64,000 nt of DNA from an uncultured Bordetella sp. (GTDB lineage Bacteria > Pseudomonadota > Alphaproteobacteria > Micropepsales > Micropepsaceae). The stretch spans positions 20,194 through 84,193 of the forward strand of contig CAYUQO010000012.1 in NCBI GenBank assembly GCA_964446945.1, in the 5' to 3' direction. The notes beneath the pieces are model-generated. The model ran no database searches. It had not been told where the DNA came from and was given only the letters and a program-made list of their open reading frames with translations. Position 1 is the first letter of the stretch. Every line of letters begins with the position of its first letter. Shown here one piece after another: positions 18,236 to 25,830 of the stretch. The translations under genes and the position numbers were made by a program.

Positions 18236-19885
18236 TTAATACCCCACCGGCTCCATTTCGATCATGCGGGGCTCTCCGAGGTGCTCTATGAGGCCCTTAA
18301 TGTCGACCGGGGGGTGATGATCAGTGCCACTGCCTGAGGCATGGGCTTCCAGGTCACTCAGCGTGAAATCCGGCCGATTGACGTAGCTTCGTTCGGTCTG
18401 ATTCCGGAGCCGCTGTTCTGCATGGTACCAATGTTGTTTGACTTCGTCATCCGCGCAACCCGCAAGTTCGCCGGGCTCTGTGGCTCCCCAGCGGCGTTCG
18501 ATACAGTGATACGGATCGAAGTCCATCCGGAACAGACGGTCCAGGAGATCATCGAAGGCAATCGTGATCTGCACGCCCCGGCTGGTCGTGTATGCAATAC
18601 TGCAATTTGCGGATTCATTCGCATAGGCAGCTTGCAGATCATCCTTCAACGAGGCGCCGTCGTAACCCGTTTGCGGAGCGTTTGGTTGCCACGTAAACGC
18701 CATCCGTGAAATGTCGGTGTAGAGCAGCGCGATCGAATTCCTGATACCTGCATCCCGCGCCGGGGTCGACCAGGACTCCCACACAGGATCATCGGATTGA
18801 TAGATATTGGCGGGGAGATGTGAAGGCTGAGGCTTTTTGTCGATGCCGGCCCTGATTGCGGTGTCGACGAAATTCTGCCGGGACCGGAAATTTTCGCAAA
18901 TCGACCGCATCTGCGATCTCAATTCGTCGACCGGATTGAAATCGGCCTTGCCTCCAGACAGCGAGGCGCGGACGAATTCAAAAAATCCCAACGGCATGCC
19001 GGCGTATTCAAACCGTGCGTCCGCCCCGTCGCCCTCGACACCCGCCACGTTTCCGCGATATTGTTCCAGTGACGCATCGGCGATTTCGTCGTCACCAGCA
19101 GCAACAATATGCCCGCCGATGTAGTTACCCAACGAGGTGCGGAGCCCACCGGCAAGTTTCAGCGGGCGGAAATTCTTGAAGCCGCCGCCATGCCATGCCG
19201 TGCTCTGGCCGAATTGTGGCCCATAAACACCGCGGGACACGGTGTAATCCGGATTGGCCTCGAGGTAGCGAATGCGGCCATCATCCGCGACATCATACAC
19301 AATAACAACGTGGCCATTCGGATCGTAGATGACCGTGCCTGCATGGATCGATCCGGGTTGGATTTTCGGGGAGTAGAAATCCGGAATGACGGGGCCGCGC
19401 CCGATGGCCGCGTCCATACGATACGTCGCCGACCAGACATGTGCGCGAATGTCGCTAAGGGTGGCGCTTGTCGAAATTCCATTCCCGTGATCGACAACTT
19501 CACGCCGCGCTTTTGGTTTATTGCCGGCCGCGCTGAATCGTGGGTCCCACGCATCGGCGCCGGCGATTTGACTGATATAGGAAAATGGCAGCCCGTTTTT
19601 CGCAGCAAAATATGCGCGGAGCATGTACGCGAATTTTGCGCAGTCGGCGTCGAAGCTTAGCGGTTTTACGTCGGTGAAGCGGTATGCGTTTGCAGGACCG
19701 TTCAGGCAATCGGATGTGGTCGTACAGCCGCTCCTCGCAATCGAGGCGACGAAGTCGCCGAACTGCTTTTCGTCAGCTGCGCTCCATTCTGTCCTGGTAA
19801 TTCTCCAAACGGACTCCGCCGCCCGTGCCGAAGGCGGCAAGCCCAGAAAAACGAGCAGTGCAATTCCTGTGATGATCTTGCTCAT
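18236..19885 (-). CDS. Exported hypothetical protein (~549 aa)
   Basis: ATG 19885 gives the signal peptide MSKIITGIALLVFLGLPPSARA. An alternative GTG at 19912 forms a GTGA overlap with the upstream lipoprotein stop. No recognisable family by eye; it contains a Cys...His pair (DADCAKFAYMLRAYF ... GHVVIVYD). Confidence 0.6.
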   Translation of the reverse strand: MSKIITGIALLVFLGLPPSARAAESVWRITRTEWSAADEKQFGDFVASIARSGCTTTSDCLNGPANAYRFTDVKPLSFDADCAKFAYMLRAYFAAKNGLPFSYISQIAGADAWDPRFSAAGNKPKARREVVDHGNGISTSATLSDIRAHVWSATYRMDAAIGRGPVIPDFYSPKIQPGSIHAGTVIYDPNGHVVIVYDVADDGRIRYLEANPDYTVSRGVYGPQFGQSTAWHGGGFKNFRPLKLAGGLRTSLGNYIGGHIVAAGDDEIADASLEQYRGNVAGVEGDGADARFEYAGMPLGFFEFVRASLSGGKADFNPVDELRSQMRSICENFRSRQNFVDTAIRAGIDKKPQPSHLPANIYQSDDPVWESWSTPARDAGIRNSIALLYTDISRMAFTWQPNAPQTGYDGASLKDDLQAAYANESANCSIAYTTSRGVQITIAFDDLLDRLFRMDFDPYHCIERRWGATEPGELAGCADDEVKQHWYHAEQRLRNQTERSYVNRPDFTLSDLEAHASGSGTDHHPPVDIKGLIEHLGEPRMIEMEPVGY

Positions 19886-19908
19886 CGTGTTGCCGCACGC
19901 CGGCCAGA

Positions 19909-20451
19909 TCACGCTGCCGGTCGCTGACCCGGTGCCGCCGGCACAAGGCGGTCCAGAACCTGGCGGGCTGGTATGGCTCCGGGACGGCTCGCTGCCTGTT
20001 CATTCGTCAGCATCACGATTTCCGCATAAGCGGTGTAGCGGGTGACCGGAAGGATCGTCCCATCCCACATCGGGGGATATGGCCAGCTCGACCAATACCA
20101 GAAACTGGACGCATACCAGGACTGCGGTCCGAATGTGTGGGGCCAGGTATCAAAACTTGTACGGTAGTAGGTGCTTGCTTCCATCGAGCGCGTGTCAAAC
20201 GCGAAAAATGGATAGCCCGCCAGGGCGGTGACTTCGGCGGCCCGGCGCAGCAAATAATCCTCAACCTCCGGCCGCGATGTGCCGGAGCTTCCGGTGAACG
20301 TCACGCGGTAGCGATTCGGAGCAAGCTGAGTGTCCGTATAGCCCGTGGTTTCGCCTGATCCCATCGGCTTATATGCCGGGCCGGTTGCGCACGCAGCAGT
20401 TAGAACGAGAGCGATTGCGGAAAGACCAGACAGAAATCGGCTGGGTGTCAT
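19909..20451 (-). CDS. Lipoprotein (CC0125/CC1285-like family)
   Basis: ATG 20451 gives MTPSRFLSGLSAIALVLTAAC with lipobox LTAAC. Motifs TGYTDTQLAPNRYRVTFTG and Y.LLRAAEVT are typical of this small lipoprotein family. Confidence 0.65.
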   Translation of the reverse strand: MTPSRFLSGLSAIALVLTAACATGPAYKPMGSGETTGYTDTQLAPNRYRVTFTGSSGTSRPEVEDYLLRRAAEVTALAGYPFFAFDTRSMEASTYYRTSFDTWPHTFGPQSWYASSFWYWSSWPYPPMWDGTILPVTRYTAYAEIVMLTNEQAASRPGAIPARQVLDRLVPAAPGQRPAA

Positions 20452-20506
20452 GACATGGGCCTTCCAGATTGCCGTATCATGCAATCCGAAAACTGGACTT
20501 CGCGCA

Positions 20507-20520
20507 TTGCGATAAGTCAA
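20507..20520 (-). promoter_or_regulatory. Degenerate FNR/FixK-type box (minus strand TTGACTTATCGCAA)
   Basis: One perfect half-site. Centre is 62.5 nt upstream of ATG 20451 (lipoprotein / 549-aa protein / ATPase transcription unit). Confidence 0.45.
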
Positions 20521-20580
20521 TGTATGCGCAATCGCCCGGGATTTAATCTTCAGCAGATTGTCGTAGCGGAGTTATGTCAG

Positions 20581-20739
20581 ATGCTGTGGAATCACCCTTA
20601 TACCGGGCCTTACGCGTTTGCGGAGTGGTTGTTGTCAATCGCCTTCTGCCTCAGCATTTTGGCGCTGATCGGCGCGTGGGCGATCGCCTGGCTGGGCCAG
20701 TATCGCCGCAATTCGACCCGGCGTGACGATCGCTCGTGA
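20581..20739 (+). CDS. Hypothetical 52-aa membrane protein
   Basis: MLWNHPYTGPYAFAEWLLSIAFCLSILALIGAWAIAWLGQYRRNSTRRDDRS. One TM helix followed by a basic tail; GGAG 9 nt upstream. It is the C-terminal part of track ORF 20455..20739. Confidence 0.3.
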   Translation: MLWNHPYTGPYAFAEWLLSIAFCLSILALIGAWAIAWLGQYRRNSTRRDDRS

Positions 20740-20745
20740 TGCGCG

Positions 20746-21033
20746 TCAGCCCTTCGCGACAGGTCCGATAATATCCTGTCTCTTCTGCAGGTATTCGTCG
20801 CGATTGATTTCTCCACGAGCATAACGGTCGTCGAGAGTTGAACGTCCGGACGACCGTCCTGATGCCGGCAAGTCCGGCCTGTGCCACTGTCCCATAAAAC
20901 GATGACGCGGGGCGATGATCGCCCTCACCGCGGCGATGCCCAAAACGAAGATCAGCAGCTAGACGAACATGACGGGGAAGGGCATCCAGGCCATTCCGCC
21001 GAAACCGCCAAAACCATAAGGTCCCCACATCAT
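20746..21033 (-). pseudogene. SHOCT-domain small membrane protein gene with an in-frame TAG at codon 25 (20959-20961)
   Basis: The single frame reads MMWGPYGFGGFGGMAWMPFPVMFV-TAG-LLIFVLGIAAVRAIIAPRH...STLDDRYARGEINRDEYLQKRQDIIGPVAKG. This is a Gly-rich N-terminus, a TM helix and a C-terminal SHOCT motif. The track only shows the 65-aa TTG-started tail. Confidence 0.6.
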
Positions 21034-21182
21034 GTCAGTTCTCGCTGGGTTTCTAAATTCCGTTGCGCCGGTCACGGGCCAAGCGCTGAACAGGCGTTTT
21101 TATCCACGATTACGCGAATGTCGACGAGGTGCAGACTGCATCAGCGCACGGCCCCGCACATTCGGAATTCGCGTAACGGAAA

Positions 21183-21500
21183 CTACTTGGTTCGCCGGGA
21201 CGGGTTTCGCCCAACTGTTACGTTGTTTGTCACGGCGAAAACGCCACACAGCGGCCGAATCGCGGCTTCAGCGGCACTACGCTGATGTTCGAACTCAACG
21301 TGACCGGTGAGCGTAATGCTGCCGTTGTGGGCGGTGGCTCTGATGGCGTTGGGAGGAACAAGTGCGTTCCAGATGAGGATGTGAGCCACCCGGCTCTCAA
21401 GTTTGTCGTCCGGCACGGAATATCCCGGAGCGATACTGGCGGCTTCGTCGGCGCGCCAACCCATTCCCCCGGATGAGCCCGGATTTTCCACTTTCCTCAT
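21183..21500 (-). CDS. BON-domain protein
   Basis: 105 aa from ATG 21500. BON signature: IRATAHNGSITLTGHVEFEHQRSAAEAAIRPLCGVFAVTNNVTV. Confidence 0.75.
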   Translation of the reverse strand: MRKVENPGSSGGMGWRADEAASIAPGYSVPDDKLESRVAHILIWNALVPPNAIRATAHNGSITLTGHVEFEHQRSAAEAAIRPLCGVFAVTNNVTVGRNPSRRTK

Positions 21501-21545
21501 CACAGCAAAAGTCTCCTTAAACTCACAGCAAAAGTCTCCTTAAAC
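21500..21545. repeat. Perfect 23-bp tandem duplication (2 copies) in the BON gene leader, duplicating its Shine-Dalgarno
   Basis: Plus strand TCACAGCAAAAGTCTCCTTAAAC x2. Minus strand GTTTAAGGAGACTTTTGCTGTGA x2; the last A is the A of the ATG at 21500. Confidence 0.95.
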
Positions 21546-21584
21546 GGCACATTCAGTTGAATGCACCGGAATGCGAATGCCGCA

Positions 21585-21598
21585 TTGATCGGAATCAA
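21585..21598. promoter_or_regulatory. Perfect FNR/FixK box TTGATCGGAATCAA
   Basis: Perfect TTGAT-N4-ATCAA. Centre is 91.5 nt from ATG 21500 (68.5 nt if one 23-bp repeat copy is removed) and 115.5 nt from ATG 21707 on the other strand. Confidence 0.65.
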
Positions 21599-21706
21599 AA
21601 CCGTCCAATGGTTTTGGGGCGGCCGGTAAGGATTACTCCTTATTTTTCGGCGATCCGGATTCACCTAGGTTGGAATTACACGGGAGAACTTCCCTGGAGA
21701 CTGTCA

Positions 21707-22105
21707 ATGAGCGAGCAACATCACACGGTTTACGTTGTCGACGACGATGACGACGTGCGCGATTCAATGCGCGCGCTTCTGGAATCGTGCAATTTCACCG
21801 TGCGTGATTTCAGCTCGGCCAGTGATTTCCTGATCGCGCGCCGGAAGAGCCATGGCGATTGCCTGGTGCTGGACCTGCACATGCCGCAGCTCGACGGGAT
21901 TTCCGTGCTCGCGCAAATGCGCGCCGAAGGATCGAAGCTACCGGCGATTGTCATTACTGGTAGGAGCGATCCGGCGCTTAAACAACGCGCGTTGCAGAAC
22001 GGCGCATTTGCGCTGTTCGACAAGCCGGTGCCCGAAGATGTGCTGTTGAATGCGATCGATTGCGCCATCGCATCGCGTGCAATGCATTCTCATATCAGCG
22101 GCTGA
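21707..22105 (+). CDS. Stand-alone receiver-domain response regulator (FixJ-type receiver, no output domain)
   Basis: 132 aa from ATG 21707: TVYVVDDDDDVRDSM...LVLDLHMPQLDG...AIVITGRSD...FALFDKP. The longer TTG-started track ORF was rejected. Confidence 0.85.
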   Translation: MSEQHHTVYVVDDDDDVRDSMRALLESCNFTVRDFSSASDFLIARRKSHGDCLVLDLHMPQLDGISVLAQMRAEGSKLPAIVITGRSDPALKQRALQNGAFALFDKPVPEDVLLNAIDCAIASRAMHSHISG

Positions 22106-22121
22106 ATGAGGAGATTTCGAC

Positions 22122-22454
22122 ATGCGCAGACACATCGCCGTTTTGGCAGTTTCACTTACGATCTCCGGGCCTGCATTCTCCCAGGAATCCGGCAGCGTGA
22201 TGCAGGGCCAGGAATTGGCCCAGACTGTTTGCGCGGAATGTCATGCGGTGGCGTCCGGCGCCATCCGTTCGCCCAATGCACATGCGCCGACTTTCGAAAG
22301 CATCGTGCGTACACCAGGCATGACACCAATGGCTATCCGCATCTGGCTAAGAAGCGGGCACAAGGAGATGCCGAACATCATGTTGAGCCGGGATGAAACC
22401 GACAACGTGATCGCATATCTGGTGTCGCTGAAGGCGGGCGGTGCGGAGCGGTGA
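22122..22454 (+). CDS. Monoheme c-type cytochrome
   Basis: 110 aa with signal peptide, CAECH haem-binding motif and a distal Met (HKEMPNIM). Confidence 0.8.
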   Translation: MRRHIAVLAVSLTISGPAFSQESGSVMQGQELAQTVCAECHAVASGAIRSPNAHAPTFESIVRTPGMTPMAIRIWLRSGHKEMPNIMLSRDETDNVIAYLVSLKAGGAER

Positions 22455-22597
22455 TCCTGCAAAGGCCGAACGACGTAGGCGCCGACCTGCTGGTGATGGG
22501 TGCATACGGGCACAGCCGGATTCGCGAACCGGTATTCGGCGGCTTTACGCAACGGGTGCTCGACGGAGTGGATCTGCCGGTTCTGATGTTTCACTGA
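22448..22597 (+). pseudogene. C-terminal remnant (~50 codons) of a universal stress protein gene
   Basis: The frame reads ...AVILQRPNDVGADLLVMGAYGHSRIREPVFGGFTQRVLDGVDLPVLMFH*, i.e. a USP C-terminal ATP-binding G-2x-G-9x-G(S/T)-type region. There is no N-terminal part; the 5' side runs into the cytochrome c gene end. Confidence 0.6.
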
Positions 22598-22609
22598 AGC
22601 GGTTGGAGG

Positions 22610-22933
22610 ATGGCAATGCTGGATTGGAGATCGGCACGAAATGTGCTGGCGACCGCAGCAATCGCGGGAATGACTGCGTGGGGTTACCAGGCGGTCAGTG
22701 CTCCGGGCCCCAAAACTCAGCAGGCTTGGAGCTTTGACATGTGGTGTCTTGAAATGCAGCTCTATCCGTCGAAGCGCTGCGATGCTCGTCTGACCGAAGA
22801 TATGAAAGATTACGAGGCCTATCGCGCGGACGTTGAAAAATATCACGAGGAACAGCAGTCGAAGGACAAGCGCGATCAGGAGATTCTGGATCGCCAAAAT
22901 CGCAATCTGCCGGGTAGCCCGTTAGCCAAGTAA
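22610..22933 (+). CDS. Hypothetical protein (107 aa)
   Basis: GGAGG directly upstream; the second ATG at 22616 has better spacing. N-terminal hydrophobic segment and a charged C-terminal helix (EDMKDYEAYRADVEKYHEEQQSKDKRDQE). Confidence 0.5.
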   Translation: MAMLDWRSARNVLATAAIAGMTAWGYQAVSAPGPKTQQAWSFDMWCLEMQLYPSKRCDARLTEDMKDYEAYRADVEKYHEEQQSKDKRDQEILDRQNRNLPGSPLAK

Positions 22934-23089
22934 GCTGTAGCGTGCAACGCTGGTTGGGCTCGCCTACGCGAATGACCGCAAGGCGGCCGGGTAGCCCATT
23001 CCCGACAGCGAGGGTCCCGTGTTTTCCCAAGGAATTCCCAAACAGCTCAGCTGCGCAGGGCCGAAATCGGCGCAAGTGCTTGAAAAAAC

Positions 23090-23164
23090 TGGAGCGGGCG
23101 ACGCGAATCGAACGCGCGACCCTAACCTTGGCAAGGTTATGCTCTACCCCTGAGCTACGCCCGC
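23090..23164 (-). tRNA. tRNA-Gly (anticodon GCC), encoded CCA end
   Basis: The reverse complement GCGGGCGTAGCTCAGGGGTAGAGCATAACCTTGCCAAGGTTAGGGTCGCGCGTTCGATTCGCGTCGCCCGCTCCA folds as a cloverleaf. Acceptor GCGGGCG/CGCCCGC, anticodon loop TTGCCAA, T-loop TTCGATT. Confidence 0.95.
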
Positions 23165-23215
23165 GCTCCGTCGAGTTTTATTGCAACTGTCCCGCCAAGT
23201 TTCAATAGTCGGGCC

Positions 23216-23761
23216 ATGAACAATCCCACGCAATCCGGTGAAATCCCCGATTTGTCCGGCCCCGATCAGCGCGAAAAAGCCCTTTACCGGCGGTTCTCCG
23301 AACTCGGGATCACCTGGTTAACCCATGCTCACGCTGCCGTCTTCACAGTCGAAGAGGCCCGGGACCTTCGGGGCAGCCTGCCCGGACTGCACACCAAGAA
23401 CCTGTTCCTGGAAGACCGCAAAGGCCGTTTCTGGTTGGTGGTCGCGCGCGAAGAATTGGCCGTCGACCTGAACGCCCTCGCGAAGTCGCTTCCCGCGCCA
23501 CGCTTCTCCTTCGGCAAAACCCAGGACCTGATCGCACTGCTGGGTGTCGCGCCAGGTTCCGTCAATCCGTTTGCCGTGATGAACGACCACGGCAGGCGTG
23601 TGACGGTGGTTCTCGACGAAGAACTTGCGCGTGGCGGCACAGTCAATTTCCATCCCATGCGCAACGACCGCACCACCGCCATTTCATCGGACGCGCTGGT
23701 CAGGTTTCTCGAAGCTAGCGGTCACCGGCCGGTCATTGTCAACCTGCCGGAGCGCGCCTGA
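23216..23761 (+). CDS. YbaK/ProX-type aminoacyl-tRNA deacylase (prolyl-tRNA synthetase associated domain)
   Basis: 181 aa with HTKNLFLEDRKGRFWLVV...VDLNALAK...GVAPGSVNPFAV, typical of the ProX family. Confidence 0.8.
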   Translation: MNNPTQSGEIPDLSGPDQREKALYRRFSELGITWLTHAHAAVFTVEEARDLRGSLPGLHTKNLFLEDRKGRFWLVVAREELAVDLNALAKSLPAPRFSFGKTQDLIALLGVAPGSVNPFAVMNDHGRRVTVVLDEELARGGTVNFHPMRNDRTTAISSDALVRFLEASGHRPVIVNLPERA

Positions 23762-23803
23762 TCCGTGCTATTGATGCGCATGCTCCACATCTGAGATGAA
23801 CCC

Positions 23804-24280
23804 ATGACGGCGCATGATTTCGAATTCAAATCAATCGACGGCAAGCCGCTGAAGCTGAAAGACTTTGCCGGTCACCCGGTACTCGTCGTCAACACGGCCT
23901 CCGAATGCGGGTTCACGCCGCAATATGCCGGCCTCGAATCGCTCTGGCGCAAATACAAGGACCGCGGTCTTATCGTGCTCGGCGTCCCTTCCAATGATTT
24001 CGGGCGCCAGGAACCCGGCACCGAATCCGAGATCCGGAATTTCTGCACGAGGAATTACGGCGTTTCCTTTCCCATGACCGCCAAATGTGAGGTCAGCGGC
24101 AGGAATGCGCATCCGTTCTATCACTGGATCACCGCTCAGGCCGGCGATGCCGCGGCGCCGCGCTGGAACTTCCATAAATATCTGGTCGACGGCAAAGGCG
24201 AACTCGTGGGCATCTATCCGTCCAAAGTCGCGCCGGAAGACAAGAAGCTGGTGACAGAGATTGAGGGCCTGCTGGGCTAG
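23804..24280 (+). CDS. Glutathione peroxidase
   Basis: 158 aa with VNTASECGFTPQY and LGVPSNDFGRQEPG signatures. Confidence 0.9.
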   Translation: MTAHDFEFKSIDGKPLKLKDFAGHPVLVVNTASECGFTPQYAGLESLWRKYKDRGLIVLGVPSNDFGRQEPGTESEIRNFCTRNYGVSFPMTAKCEVSGRNAHPFYHWITAQAGDAAAPRWNFHKYLVDGKGELVGIYPSKVAPEDKKLVTEIEGLLG

Positions 24281-24292
24281 GACCGCGCCGAA

Positions 24293-25360
24293 CTATTTCT
24301 TCAGTCGCTGAATCTGCATATTCGCCAGGAACGGGATCAGCGGATGGGTCCCCATCGCCACCATGGAGGGCACATCCATTTCCTTCAGCGCGCGCCGCTG
24401 CGCATCCGTTAGCCGGAATTTCGCCGCATAGGCGGAAGCATCATCGATGAACTGTGTGCGTGCCGCCTCGTCATGGGCAAGTCCGTGCAGTGCAGCGGTC
24501 AATTCCACCAATTCCGGTGCGATGGCCGGGTAATGCGCGGCCGGCTCGGGCGAGGGCGGGGAGAAAAATCCCACAGATGCATAGTTGTGATGCCATGACG
24601 GATCGAGCTGCAGCACATCCGGCTTGCGCTCGCCCAGTGCGCCGGCGGCGCAGGCCCAGCATCTGAGTTCGATATTGCCCTTATCGTCCAGTTCGGATTC
24701 GGCAATTCCCGCGAGCGCCTTGAGGTTGCCCGCCCGAATGCGCGCAAGCACCGCTTTGTCCCAATCCAGTTCAGGATTGGAATAACGGTTCGTACCCGGA
24801 AAATGCGACATGCCTCCGCTCGCCAGCACGACTGTGCGCAGCCCCAGAATCGCGGCCGCGCGTGCGATCGCCTGACCAAATGCATAGCAGCGTGCCACCG
24901 GTGGCTGCGGCGGCAGATAAGCGTTCACGTAAATCGGCAGCACGGCATCCGAATGGTTCAGATGGGTCAGCGGGATGCCCATCGCGTAATCGACTTTCGC
25001 GGTGCTGGTGAAGGCAGGATCGAAACCCTGTTCGTAAAGCAAACGGGTCAGCGCCAGCCCGATTTCGCCGGGAATGCGGAAACGGAACGTGCGGCCGGCA
25101 AATTCGCCCGAAGCCTCGGCCCCGGTGTGAATCGTGAATGGCGGCGCCGTGTTGTGGAAAAACTGCTCTGCATGATCATTCGAGAACAGGATCCACAAGT
25201 CGGGTTTCAGCGCGCGCAGGTTCTCGCCGATTTGCGCCGCCACGGCACGCACGCGCGCCACGGTTGCTTTGTCCTCGGTCTCGGGCATAGTGAAGAACTG
25301 CGGAGCATGCGGAAGAAATGCGCCACCAACGATGCAGGAATTCGTCGGCTTGTCGCTCAT
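24293..25360 (-). CDS. Class III extradiol ring-cleavage dioxygenase (LigB-type) with a C-terminal LigA-like extension
   Basis: 355 aa. LigB-type core (LPHAPQF..., SNDHAE, ASGGMSHFPG) followed by a ~90-aa helical tail resembling the LigA subunit. 4-nt overlap with the upstream beta-subunit gene. Confidence 0.75.
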   Translation of the reverse strand: MSDKPTNSCIVGGAFLPHAPQFFTMPETEDKATVARVRAVAAQIGENLRALKPDLWILFSNDHAEQFFHNTAPPFTIHTGAEASGEFAGRTFRFRIPGEIGLALTRLLYEQGFDPAFTSTAKVDYAMGIPLTHLNHSDAVLPIYVNAYLPPQPPVARCYAFGQAIARAAAILGLRTVVLASGGMSHFPGTNRYSNPELDWDKAVLARIRAGNLKALAGIAESELDDKGNIELRCWACAAGALGERKPDVLQLDPSWHHNYASVGFFSPPSPEPAAHYPAIAPELVELTAALHGLAHDEAARTQFIDDASAYAAKFRLTDAQRRALKEMDVPSMVAMGTHPLIPFLANMQIQRLKK

Positions 25361-25830
25361 ATCGGCACCGCCATTGCCTCAAATGCCGCGTCGCAATTGA
25401 TCAGGTTCACCCGCTTCTGCACGATCTTCCAATCCTGGCCCTCGCGGCGCAAACAATGGCGCTGGCGTCCGGCAAATATCCGCTGCTTCTCGTTCCGATA
25501 TTCCACCATGATCACCGTGGAAGCGACGGCATATTCGTCCGGCACTTCGGATTTTTCGACCGTAACATTTCCGATCAGATGCGCGGTCCGTGACGGCGGC
25601 GTCTGTATGTGAATCCGCGGATGTTCGAGTCGCGCGATCCGGGTCTGCATCAACTCGCGATCATCGTAAAACAGCGACGCCTGATCGAACGGACTTTCCT
25701 GATCTGGCACGGCCGGAACCCAATAGGTTCCGTCCTCGGCAAACAATCCCATCCATTCGCGGAAGCGGCGCTCGTCCAAAAGCCGGGCTTCGTGAAACAG
25801 GAGGCGTTCGGCGTCACGCGCATCCATCAC
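25357..25830 (-). CDS. Aromatic ring-hydroxylating dioxygenase beta subunit
   Basis: 157 aa, SnoaL-like beta-subunit pattern (FHEARLLDERRFREWMGLFAEDGTYWVP...). 4-nt overlap with the alpha gene. Confidence 0.85.
   Translation of the reverse strand: MMDARDAERLLFHEARLLDERRFREWMGLFAEDGTYWVPAVPDQESPFDQASLFYDDRELMQTRIARLEHPRIHIQTPPSRTAHLIGNVTVEKSEVPDEYAVASTVIMVEYRNEKQRIFAGRQRHCLRREGQDWKIVQKRVNLINCDAAFEAMAVPI

Noticed and set aside
23090-23164. tRNA-Gly as the attachment site of an integrated island, given the decaying FNR-box island on one side.
   Set aside because: No integrase, transposase or direct repeat of the tRNA 3' end was found in the window. GC content and codon style look native on both sides.
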